Assembly (NCBI GenBank): GCA_000708835.1
Contig: DF237434.1
Span: 6,544-70,543, forward strand
Length of the DNA: 64,000 nucleotides
Direction: 5' to 3'
Source: Klebsormidium nitens
Taxonomy: Eukaryota; Plantae; Klebsormidiophyceae
A program made the translations under genes and the position numbers. Shown here piece after piece: positions 13,301 to 24,934 of the stretch; within the stretch, counting starts at the first letter, position 1; every line of letters starts with the position of its first letter. The notes below the pieces were generated by a model, which saw nothing but the letters and a program-made list of their open reading frames with translations, made no database searches and was not told the DNA's origin.

Positions 13301-15317
13301 AGAGGTTGATAGGAGTGCTTTTCGGAAAGACATGGAGACTGCCCAGAAGCTCGGCCCGGCCACGCTCGTGCACACCGTTCAACACATTTCATATGCTGCA
13401 GTGACTTTTCAACCTTCTGATCCAACCTTCTGATCGGGAATAGGTGACGAACACCAGTACTGACAGGCAAATCTTCGAGAGGAATTGCAGGCGGCCACCG
13501 AACCTCGAGCACGAAGCATGCCGCACGAAAAGCTGAAGAACCCTGTGACCGTGTGGCGAAGCTAATTTCGAGATTGTCAATAAGTAAGAACAATCTGGAA
13601 TGCGTCAAAGATAGCACTTCGGAGACATCACCGTTCTGGAAGAGTGTCAGCCTCCGACAACGGCACAGCTCCTTACACATGAAGCTTTAACAAACTCCGG
13701 CCTTCGAGAAAGACAAGATATCCGGAGATGGACTCCACAAATTGAAAAATCGACCCCTTGACAGTCGTACAAACCAGGATCAAGCAATCCTCTTACGAAC
13801 CTTGGACTTCCACATCACAAGCACACAAGAATCTTACAGTAGGCACACTAGGCTGCGTGATCCCGGGGCCCTTCCACGAGTCGACTTCCTTCACGTGCTC
13901 CTGGTAGTTCTTCCCAACGCACATGGGGGGCCGCACGACCCGGACTGGAGTCAGCAGCTTCACGTCCGCCAGGGAGGCGCCGGGGCTGTCTGGTTTACTG
14001 ATGCTGCAGAAAGTGGGGAAAATACGGAGTAGTGAGCATGGTTGTCAGAAGCTGGAAAAGTGGGAGTGTTGCAGTATGGTTGATGATTATCAGAGAAAAG
14101 GCCTGAAAGCATCTTATCTCGGTGGGCCGTAAAGCTAGCTTCTGAGAGACCTGTGCTTGCCAGGGATCAAAAAGAGCTTTGCAGGACATGAACTACAAAG
14201 TGTCAATGCTGATTCCCATGTTCAATGCGAATCGCCTTTGCTAATGCAAAGAAGCGGAGATGACAAATAAGATGAGCATAATTCGTTGTTCGATCATCCC
14301 AAGCGGTTAATGCAAGAGGACATGGGCTATCAAAAGCGGGCACACCTGCTCTGCAGAGTGCTCCAGTTCCGAATTACCTCCAGGACCTCCAGATTGCCAT
14401 GGCCAGGTAGCGCTTCCTCCAGAGGCCTGGTCAAGAGCGATCAAGTGATATAATTTAGCGCAACATCTGGACAAAGAGCTAATGCCAATGCCTAACAGTC
14501 TAGCGTGGCCATGGCAAAGAGAAGCAGGATGGACAGGTAACCAGGAGCCCCAGAACTCAACAGACTATCACAGGCAGATTGGGAAAAGCAATCTAGAGCC
14601 GATCTGAGGATTGTGCAGGACCAACCACATCAACTCTGCTCTACGCGATTTGGACTTCAGGTAACACAAGCACTCTGCTGACGGTTTAGTTCATACAAAT
14701 GCACTGTTATCCCTCACCCAACCTCTGTTTCGATCATACCAACAACAATGGAAGGAAGCAATCAGGTTTGAGTAAAGCAGGCATACTGCATTTTGCAAGA
14801 TTCCATCAACCAAAGCCCTCCATCAAAGTTGAAAAGTTGATTCCATGTTGGGCAATTCTCACCAGATCTGACCTCCCTGGATGTATCCAGCCGTTGCCTG
14901 ACCTTCAACCTCAAAAGTTCCAAGTGCAAAGGATTCTGCAACGCAGAGAGGTAGTCTGAGAGCGGCAATTCAAAGGAGTGAGACAGCCACAACTTAAACA
15001 GCCCGCAAACAAGTTGGGTGGCTATGACACGAAAGTCAGTACATAGCGGTACAAGAAGCGGAGCGCTATCGTGCAAGGTTCAGGAGCATGAGTGGCATTC
15101 CAGAATCTGCTGCTGGGCACAGGATTATCAAATGAAAGAGTGCTCAGTAAGAACTAGAGCAGGAGAGTGCTCACAAACCTTCTACATTTGCTTTGGCTAC
15201 CATGCCCCTTGGGCCACAGAATTAGAAGCGGATGTCATCACACAACATACCTGGCGCCAGGCCCCCTCTGACCAGCTCCCCTGCTGATCCTGTGACTGCA
15301 GAAGCTGGAGAAGCCAT
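10367..15317 (-). CDS. Fumarylacetoacetate hydrolase family protein (FAHD2/bacterial-type); 5' end uncertain
   Basis: Exons 15317-15251, 14935-14863, 14426-14346, 14003-13838, 12805-12706, 12040-11916, 11326-11207, 10915-10807, 10467-10367; phase-consistent. Motifs [71 protein letters not shown]. An upstream transit-peptide exon near 15750-15905 is possible but unresolved. Confidence 0.88.
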
Positions 15318-17487
15318 CAGAGTCCTGTGCCTGACCTCAGGGCACTTTTGCCAAACATACGAGCCCCTTTGCACTTGTCTAGCCGTCAAGTACTTGGATG
15401 TGTGAAAACCAAAGGGTACCGGCTGATTTGAATGCCGCTCCGCGCTGCAAATCTGTGACTGTGGTCTTGATTCCGCTATAAGAATGTCATACTTTGTGTG
15501 GAAGCGGCGATGAAGAGTTTGTGACGCTCTGAGAACAGGATTGCCTGCGTTGGGTGCAAGGTGGCTGCTGAAGAGGGCAGTGCCTAGCTTACAACAAATG
15601 CGATCGACGCTGAAGGCCTGCACCATCCTGGAAGAGCTGACGGATCATGGTAAGGCGACTTCGCCAGCAATGAACGTGTCTCAGTTCATCAGCACCTCAG
15701 AACCAGACCCGGTTGAAGTAATACCCAGATTAACACAGCGGCCCATGAGCTGTGCTTGCTCCTTGCTGCACTGGCAGCGCCACGGCCCAGCCGCCCTACT
15801 TTGAATGCAGCGCCGCCGGCTGAATTGAAAGCTCAAATTGCACGCCACACCAGGCCCGGCCTCAGGCCCTGGAGGGCCATGCCCATTGAAAACCTTTGCA
15901 TGGCGGCGTTACGGTTTGGCCCCTGGGCTCTGGCTGGCAGCCCCCCTGCCGCCTTCTCGGACGGTTCTGAAAGCGTCGGCTACGTTTCATAATTTTTGAG
16001 TCCGAGTCCAAACCCAGATGAATATGAACACAGACATTCTGATACATGCTCGACTTGTAACGCCAGGATGCCATTAGAGTTGAGCCGGCACCAGCCGGCA
16101 TGAAGGACTGGCACCCTGTCAAACTGAAATCCAGAGGCTGCAGCCATGCCATGTGTTCAGACTCCTGCGTACGAAACTTTGCTCATCATCTTCTTCCATG
16201 CATGTCTCTTGAGGGAGTGCTGGCGCTCCAGGTGCTTTGTGCTGGCTTTGTGTGGCACCTAGAAGTCGGTCAAAGTGCAAGTAGGAAGCCTTCGACGCCC
16301 CTTCGACTTGAGCGCTGAGCCTGGAGGGAAAGATGCCAGACGCGGTTTTGGCAAGGGAGCCTAATGTCATGACTGGCCACTTTGGAGGGTGTTCTTCTCA
16401 GCTCAAGTAGCAACTACCTTCAAGCGGAAAGGTAAGTTTGAAAGTACTGCATCGTCTCAGAATCAGTGTCTTTCCTCTTAACCACGTGTGACTGGCCCCC
16501 GAGCTAGCAACATCAGGGCTGCGAACCTCTCTCAGTGGCTGCTGCCTTGTCTGATACAAATGCAGGTCGTTCCTTCAGAGTAGGTGAGGAAAGCACGGCA
16601 GCATTGTGAGTCTCTCTGTCACTAAAAAATTGAGCAGTACGATTTTCCATTTTGGTTCTGCGGTATGGTGGGGCAAATTGTATCGTCTCATCCTCCTGAC
16701 TTTGTGAAGCAGGGTGAATTTTGAATCCGGTGGTTTCTGAGCTGCGCTTTTCAGTGTTAGTCTTATGTTGTGCAAGTTCAACGTAGACTCAGTCGTGAGC
16801 AGAACCAGGTTCAAGATCAGGATGTGGTATCACCTGCAGTGCATAAATCTGTCTTGTCTTGTCAAAACCTCACAGAACAAGCAGCAGGCTCCATCATCAT
16901 GCTGGGTGAAGACACCGAAGATATTAAAATGCAAAATCATTGCAGCGATGGAGTGGTCCAGAAGCAAGCAGCAATGCATCGTCTTTTGAGCCGATGGGCT
17001 GAATGGCTATCGTTGGAGTCAGTAGGAACTGCTATCCGGTCTGATTTCCCACCAGATGCCCTGAAGTCGTACTTCTGATCTGCCTAAGGCTTCTACCACT
17101 CCAATGCGAATCTTCTCAAGAACGAGGTGTTGGGGAGACTCGTTACAACACCTTGTTGTCAACTCAGAAGGACCTGTTACCTTGATAGAGAGACCATTCA
17201 GCAAGGTTGGCAAAGGCTTCATTGGAATAACTTGCTCCGAAGCAAGTTTAGAACAATAGCACCATTGTGCAAGCTGCCCGCTTGAGATACAGTAGCGCAG
17301 GCGAGTCGCTGTCTGAGAATTGCTGAGGGGAAAGACATTACAAGCATCACGCAGTTCTTTTCAAGGCATGCCAATAATGGCAACTCACCTTCCGTCGATC
17401 TCCTTGCAGGAAGTCAGCGTTGCGCGCTGTGCGCTGTCTCGCGCTCTGTCTCCACGTTCAAGCAAATGACAGGAACCTCTTAAGCGG

Positions 17488-20400
17488 ATGGCGCAGCAAA
17501 ACAAGTACCAGTGTTTTAGCCCGGGCAACAAGAGAAGGCTTGGAGTCATCCTGTTCTTGTGGATCATCGCGCTCTTGCCTCATGTTGTCCCGGTTGATGG
17601 TGAGTTCCTTCACAGACAGGTTAGCTTAGACAGCTTACCCATCTCTGCTACAGGAGTTACATGTCCGGGCAGCATACTGTGTAGAAACAGTAGTAGGAGG
17701 ACTTTGTGTGACCAGTAACCTGCTTGTGTCAAAGTATGCGCTACCAAGTTTGTTATGCGGCAAAACTGGTCAATTTGGTGCAGTAAATTTCAAATCCGAG
17801 TCTTCAGTATTGACAGACACCTTTTCCATCCACCCAGCACCTTGCACTTTCGTGGGCCACATGTACTGGGATTCTGGACAACTGCAAAGTCACTGAACAA
17901 GATTACACCCAGATTGAAGGGCGTCTCAGGATCAGTGCACCTTGACCTCAGTTGCTCAGTGACTGTTTGGTCGCGTCTCCTGGCAGCTTGCTTGACATTG
18001 AGTTTGATTGACCGTTCAAAGCTTCGTGAAAGTCACAAGGCGATCAATAATCACCGCTGATCCCAGCTAATCCACCTGAAGAGTGACCGCACATGTAAAG
18101 CGATGTGGACTGTTAGTCTGGTTGGCCGTCTGATTAGAAAGATTTGCAGAGTTTGTCGGCAGTCTGCCCCCCTCTTTGAAGTGCGCGTCCATTTATGAGT
18201 AATCCTTGTTTTGCAGGAAGTGCTAGAGTCCTCCAACAAGCTACCGTCACAACCTGCCCTCTCATCTTCACAACCGAAGATGTCCAAAGCACGGTAGATG
18301 TATGTGGAAATGGTAAGGACTGTCTCTCATCAGAATTCTGCGCGGTGATTTTCGCAGTTGACGCTCGGATCTAGGTGTTCTTCTCGAGAATCTGGTGTCC
18401 ACGATAAACGAACAGTCAACACTAAACGAACAGTCTCCACCAGAACAAGCTTTGCATTATCAAGTTGCCCTTCAAGCATCCCCAAAAAGGTTTTTCCCTC
18501 ACGAGATAACGTGTTGAGTGCCCTTTGTCCTGCTCGACTGGTCTCTTGCACATCTGAAGAAGAGTTTCTACATCGCCGGGGCGTCGTCGTGCGCAGCAAC
18601 TTCGAGACAAGTATTGATATAGAAGGCGTTTTGCAGGTACCACGAGTTCTGGAAGCCTCTCCTTTGGTCCCCAATGCTGCAGACGTGTTGATGGCTTACT
18701 GTACCAGTCGTGGGTTCGCCATGCAAACAAAACGGACCAACTTCTTATATCCAAGGATGCAGCTACGGAATGCTTTATGGTGAGCGAAGGATGGGGATAC
18801 TAGAAAAGCTATGCAGATCCATGCGCCAGGCTCGATTGTCCTTGGTGCTCCAGCTTTATCAACTTATCAAGACACTTTAGATTGACGAACTGTGAGTTAG
18901 AAGGATGATGTTCACAACGTCAATCTAACAGCAAGGTCTGTATGTTACCTTACAATCATCGGAAGGGCTCGAACCTTCAAAAAAGGCTCGTTATTTCTAG
19001 GCTTGTCTTTCACATCGCCTATCCGACTCAATTGATTGAGAACTACATCAAAGATATATCTAGGAGATTTCATAAAATGGTTCCTCATCAGATTCTCCTA
19101 ACCTATCTCAGGTTTTGGAGGCAGCCCTGGCGGCGGTCGGCTTTCCAAGAAACGGGTTAGCAACCTGCTTAGGGAATAGCACCAAGCTGTGGAGACCTGC
19201 TTGCGGAGATACTCTGACAACTGTAGCAGCTTTCGAGAAGTTGACGAACTATTCGTACCCTGGTAAGAATGATCACCGACCAAGTTCTAAGATGCTTGAG
19301 TTAGATCCGTTGCCCCGCAGATTGCAGTACTCCGTTCAAAATCCTTTTCGATTGGTAAAAGGATTTGGACTCTTTAACCTTTTTACTTTAAGCTTGCTTA
19401 TTGTCGAATTTTTCTGCATGCACAAGGAACGCCGTTTTGACACAGAGTGCTGGTGAATACTAAACATTTGGATTTCTAGCAGTCAAGTTAGCAAGGGGAT
19501 GTATCGACTACGTTGGCCCATCTTGGCACAGATCTGATTCTCAGAAGGTTGCGATAGGGCGTCTCAAACTGATGTTAAATATAGAAAGCCCCGATCTTGC
19601 TTGGTCGCACCTAGTGGACGTTGTGGCTTCCTACTTCTTTTTGGGCAGCAACTGCTTTTCTGTTTCACCTTGCTCGTTTTACCTTGCTACTCAGAGAGTT
19701 TCTCGTTTCGAGTTGAAAAGCTTTGCACGGTATGAGAGTTCGTGGTAAAACAGCTCGTAAAAGCAGAGCGACGCGCCATAAGAGAGGCTAAGGGACGCAA
19801 AGCTTGCTGCCAATGGTCTGTTTGCAAAGTGAACAAAGCGTTGTGCCACTCGCATGTGCAGGAGTAGCTTCCGCTACTTGTTGGGACCAACCATCATGTG
19901 GGGTGTGTATTGCAACTATGGACTACGTTGTTTCGTCTCTACAAAATATTGACCAGACTGATACATCGCTCATCAATACAGCCGAGTGCAAAGGTGAGTT
20001 GCATTTGTATTTGTAGCACCAGATCCCAACACCGAATTCGAGGCTGTTGAACATGTCTAGGCGCCTGGTCTCTCCTGATCAATCTCAAGTATCATAGATC
20101 TTTAATCAGCAAGCTCTTCTTAGACTAGTTGAGCCGTTTTGGAAACTAATCTGATTGCACTTCGACTTGCAGAGCTTGCACAAATTGCTCTTGTGACTGC
20201 TGCATATCCTCTCACGCTCGCCAATAGCATTGCCACATGTCTATGGGGTAATCCTGTGGACTATCTTCCACAATCACCGTCATGTACCGATTTGGACTTC
20301 AACGTTCTGGATTGGTCGGCAGCATACAAGTCATGCGGGCCCACTGCATATCGAAGCGATTTATGCTGCGATATTATCTTCACGATGACAAGCATGTTCT

Positions 20401-23400
20401 GGTACGAGTATGCCAACCGGACCGGTATGCTCAATTTTGAGGTAAGGTGCGTTTGCTCTGTGAGAACTTGTCAACGTCTTTGTTGAAAGGTCCATGAAAA
20501 GTTACGGGTCTGCAAGGATTTTGAGCATTGTAAGGGCAAGCAGAATGTTGTCTTCAGCTTCTTTGAGGCATTTTGGTTGTGATGTGGCACTTTTCATGCT
20601 GATTGAACGGAACATGGCTCCCAAAAAGAGGTTCATTTCGTTTGAATGACGCTCATTGCGTGTCAGGTTTTGCAAGTGTTCCTTTTTCCTAGCCAGATTG
20701 TAGTGAAGATTTTAGACAAGATCTAAAGCTGAAGACTTTTTCTATCTCTCTTTTGCAGGGACAGGTTTTGGCTTGCAGCGCCCAATTCAAGGCAGAACTT
20801 GTTGCACACGGGTTGTCTGCGACTCTTTACAACCAATGTCAACTGACCAGCTTTATCTTCCTTTTTGCTCAGAGGTGCAAAAACTTTACATCGACTCCCG
20901 TGGTCCTTCGAGAACAGTTGAATGCAGTGTGTGATTCCAATCGATGCAACAAAACGGGCAGTTGTCCTTTAGTTTTTCAACAAGTCTACACAAGCATGGC
21001 AGGGCCTGGAGCAGATATATACACGCAAGGCTTGTGTGGCATATTTTCTGCCGTTAGTTGGTATGGTTCGCTAGGTTTATCAGAGATTCAGGAACGTATT
21101 CAGTGCTACAATGGCTTTCCGGATGAGCTTCAAATCCGCTACAGCGCTGCAAAATCTGGCGGACAAAGGAAAGCTCACAGAAGTAGGAAAAAGGTACTTG
21201 TTTTAAGTCTAACCTCCATACTAGCGCTTGGCAGCGTCCTAGCATTGGCCGTCCTTGGGGTCGTCATGTGGAGACGAGTATGGCGGAGGGCAGAGCACTC
21301 CCAATCAATGCAGGACGAAAGCATTTTTAGGGCGAAATTGTTGGCAAAGTCCAAAAGCCTGGAACCCTTGCAATGGTTCTCTCTGGGGGAGCTTGAAGCT
21401 GCAACAAAGAGTTTTGCAACTGAGCGATTGATTGGCGAGGGAGGATCCGGAAAGGTCTATTTAGGAGAGTTGTTGGATGGGACACGGGTTGCAATCAAGG
21501 AGATTGCAAAGCCATCTTCGATGCGAGGTACTGAGGTACGTCTTGGCAACCATACCTTGAACCAATGTGCTGAATGCGTTGATGAGATGCTTGAATCTAT
21601 GTTTGGTTGTCAACTTGGATCATGGTTAAAAGATGGTTCAAGCCGGAACTTGTGCTTCTTAGTGACTTTATTCGTTTTCTGAGAAAGAGCATATTCGGGC
21701 AAGATATTGAAAACCAATGGCTCCACGGTCCACGGTATGAGGGCGACCTACGTGGTCCAAGTTTAATGTGAGTGATCTTCTGTTTGCGCAGGAGTTCATG
21801 ACGGAGGTGACTTCGATGGGGTCTTGTAGACATCGGCATATTCTTGGTATCAAGGGCGTACATGCTTCAAACGACCACGCCATGTTGATCTATGAGTATA
21901 TGCCTAACGGATCAATAGAAGACCATTTATTCGCTAGCGGGCCAATCTCCGCAAGGCCTGCGCGTTCTCTGGATTGGAAGCAGCGATTCCAGATCGCTTT
22001 GGGGACCGCTAAAGGGCTCATATATCTGCATGAGGTAGGTGGCAATTCCCTGTGTCCTCGACTTGGAGCGCCTTTATGGTCGCTGTGCTTAGCTTGTCTA
22101 GAAGTCTTGCTATTGTGTCGACCACTTGATGGGGCAATAGGTTGCATGTATTTCAGGTCAGCATCTTTTCGCTTGACTGTTTTATGTTGCTGGCGGAATT
22201 CAAGCGCTTATAGAAAACAGCTCGTGACACTTTTGGCAGGTCACGTCTAGTATATGCGAGGAGCAAGCCTGTGTGCCCTAATCGTACGTGGGCTGTGTTC
22301 AAGGTGCAAAACCAATGTTTCTTTTGCTGTACAGGATTGCAAGCCTCGCATCATCCACCGGTAAGGACTCCAGCAAGTTTAAGTTGAAGGTTCTCGGCTT
22401 GCTATTGCCCTCAATCCTGGTTTAATTGAAGGCAAAGTCTTTCTGAGGAAGATCTTTCAATTATTGATGTCCTCAACTAATCAAGCCTGGACAGGGTATC
22501 TCTAGTAATTGGAACCGAATCCCTTTGAGCTACCAGTAAAATACGAAGTTTTCCTTTGTTGTGGCGCACTGTTTGCCTCATGACTTTCTTATGCAACGTC
22601 CTTGCAGGGACGTAAAACCGTCCAATATTCTCCTTGATAAGGAGCTAGAGGCGAAAGTTGCTGACTTTGGGGTAGCGAAGTTTGCAAGGGATGAGGACAC
22701 GCATGTCTCTACCGGTGCGACCAACTATTCTTACTGTTTACTAATCGACATGCATTGCCAGCATTGTGATTTCGAAACAGTAGGTCAAGCTCGATGGAGA
22801 AAGGCTTCTAACGTTTGCAGTTTGTGTTTGGGCCTAGCTTAGGTAGATGGTTGCGTCATTTTTCCCTTGCTAGCACCTTGCCAGTAACTGGTTGGTCCAT
22901 TGTCAATGTAACTTGTGTAATGAGAAACGACTCGAGTGTGACCTGATTTTTCTCTTGATTTGGAGTAAATTGCAAGTCAAAAGCCAACAATTTTGAATAT
23001 CCATGTACCACTTTCTTTGACCTGACAGGGGTGAGAGGTACGTGGGGCTACTTGTCCCCTGAGGTAAGCGGGCCGGATGACATATCGTTTTGCGTTGTCT
23101 TCTGATACAAGTGCTCTGTGAGCCGTATGAATCTGCTCAATGTTGGATCCGGCTTGATGCTAGATTACCAATTCTTATACACAATACATGCCACGGCTGC
23201 TTGTTTACTTGATGAAGTCGTATCTCTCTATCTTACCACCTTCGACTCTAGCCTTCGATTCTTGCTTTCGAGAGCATGGGCATGGTTGCTTACGGTGCCC
23301 CACTTGCAACCTGAACAGTATGTTGCGACTGGGCAAGTCTCCGAGAAGTCCGACGTGTACGCCTTTGGGGTCGTCCTGTTGTGCTTGGTGACAGGCCGAC

Positions 23401-24306
23401 GACCAACCGACTCCTCTAGGAACGATGAAGAGGTAAGCAGTCAATCGTGTCACCCTTATTGTACCATCTCGACTTGCAAGCCTCACGACTTTGACCCATC
23501 CTCTCGAGCGTCATCATCATCCTAATTTAAACCCTCAATATTGAATTGAGGATCTTTGTACTTTCGGTTAATAGGGGTCTGTGCAAGCTAGGACTCAAGT
23601 CTTCATGTCTATCTACATATTGTCTTGTGCCCCTCATCCAGGTATTCTTGACGGAGTGGGCTTGGACCGTGGCTAGCGGGGGCGACCTTCTAAGCCTTGT
23701 TGATCCAGCCCTGAGGACATCTGTGGACGAGCACAAATCTAGCATGCTGGCTGCGCTGCAAGTAAGTTTAGAACGCGTGGGCAATGGAGGGTGTCAGGAC
23801 ACAGCACACAACTTGCAAAGGTAGCAACATGTCGAATGAAAGGCAATCGCTTAGGAGATCAGATTTTGATGTCGTGTGGAATCCATCGTTCCTAAGACTT
23901 TGTGATGGCTCTCTATTGCCAGTGATGCCTGGCAGCCTCGTTTGCATCTCCATTGCTCACTTTTCCCACCGCTTGCTTGGTCAGACTGATTTTTGGGACA
24001 GTCTGATTGCAAATGCTTCAAGGAATCCTTTGAATGTCAAAGTTGAAGATAAATTGAAAAGGCAAAACAGCACACGAGATTCTTCAACGATTGCAGGTGG
24101 CTCTCCGTTGTGTCCACACGGTAGTCACTCTGCGGCCAACCATGCGGGAGTGTCTCGCAATGCTCTCTGAGCAAATGGATCTACCACCGTTGCCGCCTCC
24201 GCCTGCAACTTTGTTCACCGTGTCGTCTGGTCGTACTGGTAACACGTCCTGGTCCGAAGTCACAAAGAGTTCGAGTGTCCTTAGCACTTTATTGGTTGAG
24301 AAGTAG
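17488..24306 (+). CDS. Receptor-like Ser/Thr kinase with signal peptide, two tandem Cys-rich SPARK-like ectodomains, one TM helix and an RD kinase domain (~844 aa)
   Basis: 14 phase-consistent exons: 17488-17599, 18217-18312, 18637-18779, 19112-19262, 19862-19993, 20173-20441, 20759-21535, 21792-22034, 22335-22360, 22608-22714, 23029-23063, 23319-23432, 23642-23761, 24097-24306. Kinase motifs [72 protein letters not shown] followed by RR. Confidence 0.9.
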
Positions 24307-24934
24307 GCCAGCACGTAGGAAAACCTCCGAATGTTTTGGCCATGCTCGAAGCTAGCAGTTAATTTATTGTGTCGACTATTCATACAAGCATGCTTTTGCT
24401 TATGTAAAGACAACAAAGTTCTAGATTTAGAGCGCGCTTCAAGTCAAAGAGAGAAAACCCTTCAGTTAGAAGAGCTCGCGAACATTTCAGCCTTGAATTA
24501 GGCGATAACGCAACTCCAGCTCAAGTTTATTTCGATCTTGCTTGTGGATATGGTGTCTGTCAAGATCGTCGTCTGCGATCTGAAAGCGTATGTCAGGGGT
24601 CCCATGTACTAACCATGTTACTGAGCTTCGTGCATAGATATGCAAGAAGCATGTAGATCAAATTATTGATAGAGTTTTGTTGTCACGCCTCATGCCGTGC
24701 GCGAGCTGTGTGTATAGAAGCAACACTGATCCGGCAATCAAGCCCCCATCATGTAAGACAATCTGATGGTCTTTCATGTGTGATTTCAATAACAGACGGT
24801 GCTGTTAGGGAACAGCGGAATGCCTGACACTACACTTTGTCACAGAATGTTGACGAGCAACTTGAGTCTCTTTCACGACACTGAGCCACCCATACTTTTA
24901 GTATTCCCTGAAGCACAAACACAGCTTAGAGGCT

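Noticed and set aside
18358-18783. 141-aa ORF that looked like a separate gene
   Set aside because: It overlaps RLK intron 2 and exon 3 in a different frame; the SPARK-like reading (CCRRVDG) explains the region.
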